Origin: Octopus sinensis
Taxonomy: Eukaryota
Direction of reading: 5' to 3'
Assembly: GCF_006345805.1 (NCBI RefSeq)
Contig: NW_021834568.1
Location: 1-47,853, forward strand
DNA length: 47,853 nucleotides
Positions 1 to 12,815 of the stretch are shown one piece after another. The notes beneath the pieces were generated by a model, which searched no databases, was not told the origin of the DNA, and saw only the letters and a list, made by a program, of their open reading frames with translations. A program made the translations under genes and the position numbers. Numbering within the stretch: the stretch's first letter is position 1; the number at the start of each line of letters is the position of its first letter.

Positions 1-1085
1 GGGATTGCTATATAAGTATGTTATAGTGTTTAGTAAAGGGAGGTTTTATCATTTATGTTTTGTGAGTTTTAGCTTATCATGGTAGTTTTATAAAAGAATC
101 CATTCATAATTTTGTGTTTATTTATCTGTGTGGGGTTGAGTGGGTTTTTGGAGTATATGTTGAGGTTTATATGTATGTATAGGTATGTGTAAGTGGTGTG
201 GGTATTTGTATATGTCGTGGGTGTGTGGTTTACGTGTGTGTATTTGTGTGTGAATGTTTAGGTTAGGGGGATTGCTATATAGGTATGTTATAGAGTTTAG
301 TAAAGGGAGATTTTATCATTATATGTTTTTATGAGGTTTGGTTTATCATGGTAGGTTTGTTGAGGAATTCGTAGTAATTTGTGTCTCTTTGCGATGTCTG
401 TTGTTTTATTGCATTGTTTCATTCATAATTTTTAAGTAGTGTTCGTTTAACCAAGTGAATATAATTTTTAATTCCATTATTCCATTTCTCCGTTCATAAT
501 TTTAAGTGATGTCCGTTTTCTAGAGCGTGAATGTGGGTGTTGTAGTGTGTGTGTGTGGGAGTATGAATAAGTATTGTGTTGAAGTATTTAGCTATTTTAT
601 TTATTTATAGTTGCCTAGACGTTTTTATGTGTATGTATAGGGTTATATATATAGGGTGTGATTTAGTGTATGTAGTTAGATATGGTTATATATAATTAGG
701 TATATGTAGGTTGTGTATATATAGTTTATTATTATATTATTATTATTTTTTGTTTTGTTTTATATTTTATATTTTATATTTTATATTTAATTGTTGATAG
801 GTTATTTTAGTTTATATATTGTTTATATATGATTATATATGGATTATATATAGGTTATATATGGATTATATATTTATATTTTTCGTTCATACTTTAATTA
901 TTTTAAAATTATTATTTTATATTTTAAAATATTGATATTTTCGATTGGAAGTCCACCTGAAGATTGTCGATCAAGACAAGAAACAATTGTAGTGGCGGTT
1001 TTTTTGACTATTTATTAAAATTTTATGTATTGATTAAGTCTTTCCTTGTTTGTTTTGCAAAATAGTGGTTTGTCTCTAATAATAT
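1..1085 (+). mobile_element. Decayed non-autonomous Penelope-like / retrozyme-like element carrying a hammerhead ribozyme
   Basis: Internal direct repeat (gggattgctatata.gtatgttatag.gtttagtaaaggga at 1 and ~268), intact HHR at 953-995, and the 20-nt motif at 1061-1080 shared with the 24437-25625 element. The class assignment is inferred from the known association of minimal HHRs with PLE pLTRs. Confidence 0.55.
953..995 (+). ncRNA. Minimal type I hammerhead ribozyme, intact core
   Basis: CCAC-CTGAAGA-TTGTC(gatcaa)GACAA-GAAA-C(aatt)G-TA-GTGG. Stem I is CCAC/GTGG, stem II is a perfect 5 bp, stem III is the palindrome ACAATTGT, and the cleavage triplet is GUA (cut after 991). Confidence 0.88.
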
Positions 1086-1089
1086 TTTT

Positions 1090-1153
1090 TAACTATATAT
1101 ATATATATCATATAACTATATATATATATATAATTATATTATATATATATAAC

Positions 1154-1193
<40 letters not shown>

Positions 1194-1239
1194 CTATATA
1201 TATATATATATAAACACTATATATATATATATATATAAC

Positions 1240-1272
<33 letters not shown>

Positions 1273-2140
1273 ATATATATATATATATATAACTATATAT
1301 ATATATATATATATAACTATATATATAATATATATAACTATATATAATATATATATATATATAACTATATATATATATAATATATATAAACTATATATAT
1401 ATATATATATATATAACTATATATATATAATATAATATAGATATATATAATATACTATATATATATATATATAAATATATATATAACTATATATATATAT
1501 ACTATATATATATATTATAAACTATAATATATATATATATTATAATATACTATATATATATATATATAACTATATATATATATATATCTATATATAACTA
1601 TATATATATATATATATATAATATATATATATATCTATATAATATAACTATATATATATATATATATATATATAACTATAATATATATATATATATAAAT
1701 AAATATATATATAATATATATATATAACTATATATATATATATATATATACTAGCAGTATCGCCCGGCGTTGCTCAGGTTTGTAAGGGAAATAACTATAA
1801 AGCATTTATAGAGAGTTATAGCCAAAAAATAGCAAAAAAATGGAAAAGAAAGTATGGTAAATTTTTTTTGAGAGTTAAAAAGGTCGAGTTGCGTCCCCTA
1901 GACAGTCTGTGGTTTGTGTTTCTGATTCTCGATCCCATGTGGAATTTATCGATTTTTTTCAGAACTGGGGGAACTTTTCAAAATTTTCCCTGCGTTAGTT
2001 TTGAATTCTGACATTGGGCTATGTGTGTGTCAAGTTTCATCAGAATCGGTTGAAAGCCGTGGTCAGGGTGAGGGTACAACCTGACAGACACACAGAAACA
2101 CACACAGACAAACTGCCGTTTATATATAGAGAGAGATAAC

Positions 2141-2173
<33 letters not shown>

Positions 2174-2221
2174 ACTATATATATATATATATATAACTAT
2201 ATATATATATATATATATAAC

Positions 2222-2260
<39 letters not shown>

Positions 2261-2346
2261 CTATATATATATATATATATAACTATATATATATATATAT
2301 ATAACTATATATATAATATATATAACTATATATATATATATATATA

Positions 2347-2383
<37 letters not shown>

Positions 2384-2400
2384 CTAAATATCTATATATA

Positions 2401-2454
<54 letters not shown>

Positions 2455-2456
2455 TA

Positions 2457-2495
<39 letters not shown>

Positions 2496-2497
2496 TA

Positions 2498-2566
<69 letters not shown>

Positions 2567-2683
2567 CTATATATATATATATATATATATATAACTATGT
2601 ATATATATTATATATATATATATAAACTATATAATAATATATATATATAACTATGTATATATATATATATATATATATAAATA

Positions 2684-2720
<37 letters not shown>

Positions 2721-2751
2721 CTATGTATATATATATATATATATATAAATA

Positions 2752-2786
<35 letters not shown>

Positions 2787-2814
2787 TAGTATTATCTATA
2801 TATATATATATATA

Positions 2815-2853
<39 letters not shown>

Positions 2854-2882
2854 CTATGTATATATATATATATATATAAATA

Positions 2883-2917
<35 letters not shown>

Positions 2918-3165
2918 ACTATGTATATATATATATATATATATATAAATATAACTATATATCTACTATATATATATATATAATATATATATCTCTATAT
3001 ATATATATATATAACTATATATATATATAGTTATATAGATATATATATATTGTTAATATATATATATTATATATAACTATATATATATATATATATATAT
3101 AACTATATATATATATATATATATAATAACTATATATATATATATAAATACTATATATATATATA

Positions 3166-3200
<35 letters not shown>

Positions 3201-3308
3201 ACTATATATATATATAATAACTATATATATATATATAATATATATATTATATAATATATATAAACTATATATATATATATATAAACTATATATATATATA
3301 TATATATA

Positions 3309-3350
<42 letters not shown>

Positions 3351-3390
3351 ATATATATAATATATATATATCTATATATATAAACTATAT

Positions 3391-3461
<71 letters not shown>

Positions 3462-3633
3462 ATATATATATATATATATCTATCTATATATATATATAAA
3501 ACTACTATATATATATATATTATACTCTATATAAACTATATATAATATATATCTATATATATATATATATAAACTATATATAGATATATATATATATAAT
3601 ATATTATATATATATATATATCTATAAAACTAT

Positions 3634-3673
<40 letters not shown>

Positions 3674-4055
3674 ACTATATATATATATAGTAAACTATAT
3701 ATATATATATATATATAACCTATTATATATATATATATATATATTAGATATATATATATTCTATATATAACTATATATATATATATAACTCTATATATAT
3801 ATATATAACTATATATATATATATCTATATATATAACTATATATATATAATATATTATATATATCATAACATATATATATATATATATAACTATATATAT
3901 ATAGATAACTATATATATATATCTATATATAACTTATATATATAACTATATATATATATATATACGAAATAATATATTATAACTATATATACTATATATA
4001 TATATATATATACTATATCTATATATCTACTATAGATATATATATATAACTATTA

Positions 4056-4132
<77 letters not shown>

Positions 4133-4190
4133 CTATATATATATATAACTATATCTATATATATATATATATACTATATACTATATGATG
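1090..4190. repeat. Compound (TA)n microsatellite array with recurring AACT spacer
   Basis: Repeating taacTATATATA units over about 3 kb, interrupted by a Helitron at 1751-2136. Confidence 0.95.
1751..2136 (-). mobile_element. Non-autonomous Helitron (about 390 bp)
   Basis: The minus strand starts TCTCTCTATATATAAAC and ends with a GC-rich hairpin (cctgagcaacgccggg) plus CTAG. It is inserted between A and T without a TSD and has a subterminal ACAG/AC microsatellite. Confidence 0.8.
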
Positions 4191-4276
4191 TTGATTTGAT
4201 TTTGATTTTCCAGTTTCAGCTAATGAGCTGTGGCCATACTGGGGCGCCGCCATTTGGTTTGCTACACGGTTTTACC

Positions 4277-7201
4277 TCACGGATGCTTTTTAGCAAACGC
4301 CATCTGATGCATGAGAGAGTTCGATGCAGCTGCCCTCATCTGCACCTCCTGCCGTGAAGTTGGTTCATCCGGGACACCTGACAGGAAGAGATCCAGTCCT
4401 ACTTTAAAGACATCCGCGTCTACACCATGCAGGTCCCTCAGGTTCTTCGGGAGGATATTGAAGAGCCGTGGGCCCCTGAAGCTCAGGCTATCACAATATC
4501 TTGTCCTACATCTTGATGGCAAATTTGGAGTCCTTGGTACTACGCAGTGGCGTCCGGTTCTGGCATTTGTGTGACTCTCGATGCCAAAGTCTGGGACAAG
4601 ATCTTCCAGATATATACTATGGCATATCTTTCTCGCCTACGCTCCAGGGAATAGAGCTTTAATCTCTTGAGTCTCTCCCAGTAGCTAGTATGCTGCACAG
4701 AGGCTATCTTCTTCGTGTAGCTTCGTTGGATCGCCTCAAGTTCTGTGATCAACTTGACACTGGATGGTGACCATAGCTGAGAGCAATAGTCAAAGTGGCT
4801 CAGGACAAGTGTCTTCCAGAGGACCATCATGGTTTCTTGTTCTCTTTTTCTAAGGGTTCTAAGAATCCATCCGGCCAGCCGTCTACATTTCATTGTCATT
4901 TTAGCAACATGTACATGAAAGGTCGCGTCATCACTCATGTGAATACCCAGGTCACGCACTGATTGTGCCTCTGGGATTGCAATCCCTCCGGGTCCAGTGT
5001 ATTCATTGGGTATTGCATTCAGTTTTGCATGCTGATAGTATAAAGCTTGAAACTTTCCAGCATTGAACTGCATGCTATTCTTTTCAGCCCACTTGTATAT
5101 TTCGTCCAGCTCACATTGCAGGTGCTTAGTGTCTTCAGGGTTCTGTATTGCCTGTGAAACTTTTGTATCATCTGCATAACTTGTGATCGTGGCTCTCTGC
5201 GTGGCTGAGGGCATGTCTGAGAGGGCCATTATGAACAGTAGTGGTCCCAAAACAGTGCCCTGTGGAACACCGCTCACTATTTGCGTGCTACCACCTGACT
5301 TCTATTCTTCAGAAAGTCATGAAGCCATTCTCCTAGTTTTCCAACTATGCCAAGATCACGCAGTTTGTGACATATCATTCCATGATCGACTTTATCGAAG
5401 GCCTTTGCGAAGTCGAGATATATGACTTCCACATTTGAGTGGTTGAGCAGTTGTTTCAGCACCCAGTCATAGTGCTGCAGGAGCTGAGTTAAGCAGCTTC
5501 TTCCTGGTCGGAAACCATGTTGGGTGTCAGGCAGCAAGTCATTTTCTTCAAGGAAGGTGATTAGTTTCCTTCTGACTATTCGTTCCATGACCTTGCTGAT
5601 GTGTGAGGTGAGAGAGATAGGTCTGTAGTTCTTGGCCTCCGCTCTGCTACCTCCTTTATGAATAGGGCATATTTTACCTTCCTTCAGTTTTCTTGGAAGT
5701 TTGCCAGCTGCATGGAAGCTCTGAAAGAGGAACTGCAGTGGTCTTGCTAGGACTCTCTTACATACTTTTAGGAGGATTGCGGGAATCCATCGGGGCCAAT
5801 AGCTGAGTCTGTTTTCATTTCATCTATAGCCTTTATTACATCGTCTTCCTTTATATCGATGTAATTTATCGTCGCCGCCTCTGATTCTATATCTGCAGTG
5901 GTAAAGAAGTCAGTTGGATTGCTGATTTGGAAATGCCCAAGGGGTGGAGTGAAAACACTCTTGAATTGTTCATTCAGTATTTCACTTACCCTCATTGGTT
6001 TTCCTGTGAGTGTGCCATCCTTTTCAAGGAGTGGCCCTATCCTACAGTGCACCGTAGCTGTTTCTTTGGCATACCTGTAGAAAGCTCTGGGGGTAGTTTT
6101 TATGTTGTCTATAGCCCAGGCTTCTTTGTCTGCTCTTTCCTTCTCATGGGAGAGTTGCAGACAATTTTCAATTTCCAACAGTTTTAGTTTCAGGCAGGAC
6201 TTTTCACTGCTTTCAATTTGTTTGTTTAGGCGATTTGAAATTTTTGTACGCCGTCTCATTAAAATTTTCCTCTCTCTGGGGATTTTGTTCTTGTGTACAG
6301 TGGCCTTTCTCTCTGGGACACATTTGTAGCATATGGCTTGCATTACAGACATGAATTGTTGAAGTATCATGTCGATGTCCGGCGAGGAGAGACATTCAGG
6401 CCAGTTTTGTTTGAGGATCTCTTTCTCAATTTGTTTCCAGTTTGCCTTATTGAAGTTCAAGCTGGAAAGATTCTGAGGGTTTCTTGTAGGCTGCATGTCC
6501 GTGCTCTCTTTTGGCCCGTACATGGTCAGCTCTACCATGTTGTGATCCGAGAGTAGTGTCGGTGTCACTTTGACATTATGGATGAGATCCATATTATTTG
6601 TGAAGCAGAGATCCAGTGTGTTACCTGCTCTGGTTGGTTGGAGTATTATTTGCTCCATGTACAGGGTGTTGATGAGGTTCAGGAGGGACCTCGCCTGTCC
6701 TCATTCACATCTTGTCATTCCTGGGAGAGAATGGCCCTCGGGCCATCTGACATTGGGTAGATTGAAGTCTCCCATGAGAAGTACACTTATGTGTTGTTCT
6801 AATGGGATTAGAACTTCTTCTATTTTTAAAAGGCAGTCCTCAAACTTGCCCATATGACTTGGGGCATCTGGAGGGCGATATGTAGCACACACAACTACAT
6901 CAAGTTGCCTAATATGTACAATTAGTGTGTCACACACCGAGTTTGAGTATGACAAAAGGACCTGGGGTGTGAGGTCCCCACGGATGTACATAGCAACTCC
7001 TCCATGACTCCTTTCTTTTCTGTCGGTCCGTAGTACAACATACTGTGGTATGTGTAATTCCGCATCTCCTATGTCCGGTTTCAGATGCGTTTCCGTGAGT
7101 GCTATGCATAAGGCTTGATTGCATGCGACAAAGTCTCTCAGGAACGGGACTTTTGTCCTGTTACTGTGTGTTAGTAGTCCTCTGATGTTCAGTAGGAGCA
7201 T
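4277..7201 (-). pseudogene. LINE ORF2 (APE endonuclease plus reverse transcriptase), broken by several frameshifts
   Basis: ORF-track pieces 6701-7345, 5768-6658, 5277-5588, 4540-5277 and 4277-4522 are consecutive parts of one CR1-type ORF2. Confidence 0.92.
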
Positions 7202-7746
7202 CGAGGTGAGGTGTATGCTGTTGCCGGCGGTGTCCACCCTGGGTCCATCTGCTGTGGCGGTCTTGTGAACTGTGGGCAGTTCCATCTGCGAGCCTGAGCC
7301 TGATGGAGCGATGTTAGCTGCTGTACAATCTTTTGTGCCATGCACAAAAAAGATTCCTGCTCAGCAGCTGCCCTTTCAACAACACGTTGGTGGTTTGTGG
7401 TACGCACCACATCTGCGTACCTCCGTTTTGGGGCAGGTGATGCGTGGTCCATCCCATTTCCTATCGGTGGTTGGTTTCTGTGGCAGGGTCCCGGATGTGC
7501 AAAGCGGCAGCCTGCACCTTCCTCTCCATGCCGGCAGGCACCTTTCAGGTAGAACCTACATACCCGTGTGCCTTGCTTGTTTCCATCCTTTTTGGCATAT
7601 GGATAGTTAGGTTTGCCTCTATCCTTGGCTGCCTTGCCCCTTGGCTTTGTCTGAGTTTTAGCTTCAGTTTTTCTTCCTTTTTTGGTTTTTTCATCTCCAT
7701 GTCCATGGCTTTTGGTGCTGGTAGGAGCATCCGCACCTGGGTTCAT
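7189..7746 (-). CDS. LINE ORF1 with Lys-rich region and CCCH zinc finger
   Basis: 185-aa ORF containing CRFYLKGACRHGEEGAGCRFAH (C-x7-C-x8-C-x3-H). Its stop overlaps the likely ORF2 ATG at 7201. Confidence 0.7.
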   Translation of the reverse strand: MNPGADAPTSTKSHGHGDEKTKKGRKTEAKTQTKPRGKAAKDRGKPNYPYAKKDGNKQGTRVCRFYLKGACRHGEEGAGCRFAHPGPCHRNQPPIGNGMDHASPAPKRRYADVVRTTNHQRVVERAAAEQESFLCMAQKIVQQLTSLHQAQARRWNCPQFTRPPQQMDPGWTPPATAYTSPRCSY

Positions 7747-7755
7747 CTCCCGGGC

Positions 7756-7836
7756 ATAGTTATATATATATATAGATATATATATATATATACATATAGT
7801 TATATATATATAGATATATATATATATACATATAGT

Positions 7837-7868
<32 letters not shown>

Positions 7869-8336
7869 GTTATAGATATATATACATATAGTTATAGATA
7901 TATACATATTGTTTTAGATATATATATATACATATAGTTATATATATATATATAAATATAGTTATATATATATACATATAGTTATGTATATATATACATA
8001 TAGTTATATATATATACATATAGTTTTATATATATATACATATAGTTTTATATATATATATATATATATATAAATATAGTTATATATATATACATATAGT
8101 TTATATATATATACATATAGTTTTATATATATATATATATATATAAATATAGTTATATATATATACATATAGTTATGTATATATATACATATAGTTTTTA
8201 TATATATATATTTATAGCAATTAAGGACAACTACTTAATAAGGAAAACTTAACAAGAAATTGTCAGGTAGATAGCGTGAAAACCTCATAAGAGAATAAAT
8301 TTCGAAAATAATTATTTCTTATTGAACATATTAATT

Positions 8337-8399
<63 letters not shown>

Positions 8400-8982
8400 T
8401 ATAGCCTTCCACTTTTTTTATCCCCTAAATTTTTATCCCAATATTTAAACACTTTTATCTATACCTTTGATTTGCTTCGAGATCATCATTCCTAAAAAAT
8501 TGTATGTGTGTGTGTGTATGTATGTATGTGCATAAATGGAATGAGAGCGAGAGGGTGAGTTATGTATATATATATATATAATATAGTTATATATATATAC
8601 ATATAGTTATGTATATATATACATATAGTTTTATATATATATACATATATTTTATATATATACATATAGTTTTATATATATATATATATATATATATAAA
8701 TATAGTTATATATATATACATATAGTTATGTATATATATACATATAGTTTTATATATATATAATATATATAAATATAGTTATATATATATACATATAGTT
8801 ATGTATATATATACATATAGTTTTATATATATATATATATTTATAGCAATTAAGGACAACTACTTAATAAGGAAAACTTAACAAGAAATTGTCAGGTAGA
8901 TAGCGTGAAAACCTCATAAGAGAATAAATTTCGAAAATAATTATTTCTTATTGAACATATTAATTTATATAATATATATATA

Positions 8983-9025
<43 letters not shown>

Positions 9026-9192
9026 TATAGCCTTCCACTTTTTTTATCCCCTAAATTTTTATCCCAATATTTAAACACTTTTATCTATACCTTTGATTTG
9101 CTTCGAGATCATCATTCCTAAAAAATTGTATGTGTGTGTGTGTATGTATGTATGTGCATAAATGGAATGAGAGCGAGAGGGTGAGTTATGTA

Positions 9193-9227
<35 letters not shown>

Positions 9228-9230
9228 ATG
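7756..9230. repeat. (TA)n array with AGTT spacer, containing a ~629-bp tandem duplication
   Basis: The unique core at ~8211-8560 recurs at ~8840-9190 (ggacaactac at 8225 and 8854) and looks identical outside the microsatellite tracts. Confidence 0.9.
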
Positions 9231-9747
9231 CTTATTGGTTTTTTAATTTTCCGAAACTCAAATCACAAAAACACTGCATAATAAATACACACACACATTG
9301 TTGTTATATGGGTATCGTGCCATTGGGGAAGTCAACCATTACAACGAACTATATAGCTTCTTGACCTTGCTAAAAATAGGATCTAAATACCTCTCATATC
9401 AGGCAACGATCGCCTTAAAAAGACATTATGTAATGTTGTTCAAAGATATATTATGTCCGAAATAAAAGACGATATGGTCATAGCTGGAATGCTTTTGATC
9501 ATGGCCTTATTCGATGGAGGTTGACATGGGGCTACAAAACAACTGTTACACAAAAGTCTATGAAAGTATACACACATTCACTATATATATATATACACAA
9601 GTACACAAACACACATACATGTATGTTTGATATATATATATGTATGTGTGTGTGTGTGTGTGAGAGACATAGTGTGTGTTTGAGTGTAAATTGTTTTAAT
9701 CTATGGAAGGACAAGCCTATTTAAACACACGTTGACATGTAACATAC

Positions 9748-10661
9748 TGTTACGCCGTGCGCTGCTCAACTCAGGACCCTAAGACCCTAGGCCTTCCAGG
9801 TCGATAAAGGGCCCTAAGTCGGCGACGACAACTACGCTCAGTCAAACGGAAGTCCACCACAGAAAGGGAGTAGGCTGCGAACGCAAACCAGAAACCAGAG
9901 AAAACAACAACAAAGAGAGACAGCAGGAGGCAGTTGCGTACATTTAACAATTTATATAACTTCCAAAATCAATTGAAACATTTCAAATACATTTAAAAAC
10001 AAAAGCATTTAACTACAACATAATTCGAATCACAATCAAATACATTTAAACGTAATACAACTGTTCGATTAACCGAGTTAAAAACAATCAAAACAAATAG
10101 TCTTCCTCTTTTCTTCTTTTTACAGTCTCTTTTTTTTTTCTTAATTTTATTTTCAACAGATTATGTCACAGAGTCCCCATATTTTTACAATCAAAACATC
10201 AAAGTTCAAAACACAAATCGAAACGTAAATAAACAATACCGATACAAATTCCGTCTGCAACACTTTCTGAACCTACTACAAATTTTCATCTCACTGTCCG
10301 ACCGTCTCTCGTACCTGTCCTTCCACCGTAATCTTCATTACTTCCTCCCGCTCGCTGTCGTCATCTCTTGGCTGCTGCCTGTATCTACTGGCCACCTCTT
10401 GCCAACTGAACCCTTTCCCGGCCTCTCGCTGTCTGACCGTTAACACCAGTCCGTCGCATTTTAAAGGGTGGAATTATATTTTTTTTCAACTTTCCCTGAC
10501 CAGAGATCGCTTCCTAAACTCATTATTTTTTACCGTTACCGTTGACAAGGACAAAGGATTATTTTTTTTTTTCCGTCGTCCTGAACAACTGGAGCGCCGG
10601 TTCAACTCTAGTCAACGGAACTAGGGCATAATGTTTTCCCGTTAATTTTACCTTCATAACA
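9748..10661 (-). mobile_element. Gypsy-type solo LTR
   Basis: Termini TGTTACG...CATAACA and a 4-bp TSD ATAC (9744-9747 / 10662-10665). Its first ~130 bp are the reverse complement of the LTR end at 12560-12679. Confidence 0.85.
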
Positions 10662-12681
10662 ATACGTGTGGTGTGTGTATATTTACTTGTTTATAAAGAC
10701 ATGTATACAAACAACATGGCTATCTAGTACATATATGTTTATATTTTTTACGCACGCACACGCATATATAACATGTATATACGCGTTATGTGTATAACAA
10801 ACATTATAGTTCACTATCCATATGGCATATATATATATATACGTACATATCTATATGTATGTATGTTTACGAACATAATGCATGTATGTGTGTATTTATA
10901 TACATATATATATGTGTGTGTGTATATATATATATATATTATATATATTATATATATATTATATATATATTATATATATATATATATATACATATATGTA
11001 TATATATATATGTGTGTGTGTGTGCGTGTTTGTGAGTGTATGTATGAATGTATGTATGTACGTATACATGTATTTGCACTTGTAATTTGTAACAGGTATA
11101 AAGTTATTTTGGTAAAATTAGAGTAACACCCGCACGATTTTCACTAAGAAAAAAAAAACTCTATTTTGCATGGAATCAAGTACCCTGACCTCGTAATATG
11201 CTGTAAATCCCATATTTTGGTTCGGAATTGGTCCGGAAGGGTGCCCCCCCTCCCCCATCCGAATTTTCACCAAGGAAAAAAATTTATTTTAAAATTCGGA
11301 TTTTTTGCGTGGAATCAAGTACTCTGACCTCCTTACCCTAATATGCTGCAAATCCCTTAATTTGGTTTGGAAAAGAGGAAGTCTTTCCAATAGCGTGCAT
11401 GTGTATGTATGTAGACAGGTAAAAATTTACTTATCTCTTTGCTGTCAAAAAAATAGATCAATTCTCAATAAAATACACTCTAAACTAGCTAGTTGAGTCG
11501 AGTTTTGTACCAGTGTTTTACGAAAAAAAAAATCGTTCGCGCTCAAACTAATTTTTGTGTGGGTGGAGGCAGGATGGGGAGACAGATGAACGATGTCTCA
11601 TTCTCTGCTATATATATATATATATATATGAACCATTTCTTAAACATACACGATATAGTCTATAAATTTAGGATGTTTTTGAAAGATAATATATTTTATC
11701 ATCAGAATATATATACTTTCTCACACAACAATTAAGATATTGATACGAGGTCAGTCGGAGAAAAAGTGCTGTGACCCAGTTTCCTGGTTTGGTGCCAGAT
11801 GGACTGGCGAAGGAAGTTATTAGGCTTTGTTCCGTCATTTGTAGGGAAAATTAATGAGTTAGGAAGTGAAAGTTTAAGGAAAAAATAAAAATGCTACCCT
11901 TTATAAATGCAGCTGGCATTGGGGTTTGTGGTTAGTTTTGCCTGAGACAGTCAGTTGGCAACAGGGCAGTTTGGCAGTTTGGGCAGAGACAGTGAATGTG
12001 AGAGTTGTTAGGCGAGAGGCAACGACAAGGATGACAAGCGTGGCGAGAAAGACAGACACAGGGGATTGAGGACTTGTCAATAGAGAGGAAGTGAGGGAGA
12101 TTACAGCGAGAAGGCATGGCTATTTGTAGTGGGAGTTTTTGTGATGATTCAGGGAGTGTTGCAGACAAGAAAACGTACGGTAATGTAGTTTGTTTTCGTT
12201 GTTGAATTTTGGATGTTGATGTGAAATGTTAAAAAGAAAAGAGAAAAGAACTTGTGAACTGTGTTAAAAAAAGGGAAAAGAACATTGTGTCAAAAGAACT
12301 GTAAAAAGAGAAGGAAAAAGAAGGGAAAAGAACATTGTGACATAAACTGTAATCTGTTGTAAAAAAAGAATTGTTGAAGAGAAAGAACATTTAATGTGGA
12401 CTGTTTTCGGACGTCGTGTATTGTGCATGCATTGATTGTTTCTTTTTTAACCCTGTACAATCTGTTGAATGTTTTTCTTTAAGTGTATCTGATATGTATT
12501 ACGTTTTATTTGATGATGTAACAATTGGATAAACTGTTGTTATCTCCGGTCACCGGTCTGTGTTCGCTGCCATCCCACCACCATTTTCTGTGGTGGATTT
12601 CCGTTTGACTGAGCGTGGTCGTCGTCGTTGCTCGACTTAGGGTCCCGAGTTTGAGTTGAGCGACGGCAGGTTCGTAACAAC

Positions 12682-12699
12682 TGGTGTCAAAAGTGGGAT
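12682..12699 (+). promoter_or_regulatory. Primer-binding site, complementary to the tRNA-Leu 3' end
   Basis: TGGTGTCAAAAGTGGGAT lies 2 nt after the LTR end and is one mismatch from the complement of tRNA-Leu ...AUCCCACUUCUGACACCA. Confidence 0.8.
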
Positions 12700-12815
12700 T
12701 ATCCTGATTGCTGCAGTTGATCGGTTGTTTGCCATGTATTCGGTAGCCAGACCGGACAGGAAGAGATCTCGCTTGCCTTGATTGTAGAGATGTTGAAGGG
12801 CCAGAGAACGCATTC

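Larger units (their letters stand above)
4190..7755 (-). mobile_element. CR1-type LINE copy A, near full length (ORF1 plus frameshifted ORF2), with (AAATC)n-like tail
   Basis: ORF1, then APE endonuclease (LLLNIRGL, LTETHL, MGDFNLP), then RT (YLDFAKAFDKVDH, GVPQGTVLGPLLF, YADDTK, LERRRERY), then a 3' stem-loop and tail at 4190-4252. Confidence 0.93.

Noticed and set aside
3015-3867. Tyr/Ile-rich ORFs (also 10773-11126, 45326-45733, 47275-47849)
   Set aside because: These are translations of TA/CA microsatellites.
8280-8325. Hammerhead-like string CTCATAA-GAGA(ataaa)TTTC-GAAA-ataattat-ttc, duplicated near 8910
   Set aside because: The core has two mismatches and no stem I pairing can be formed.
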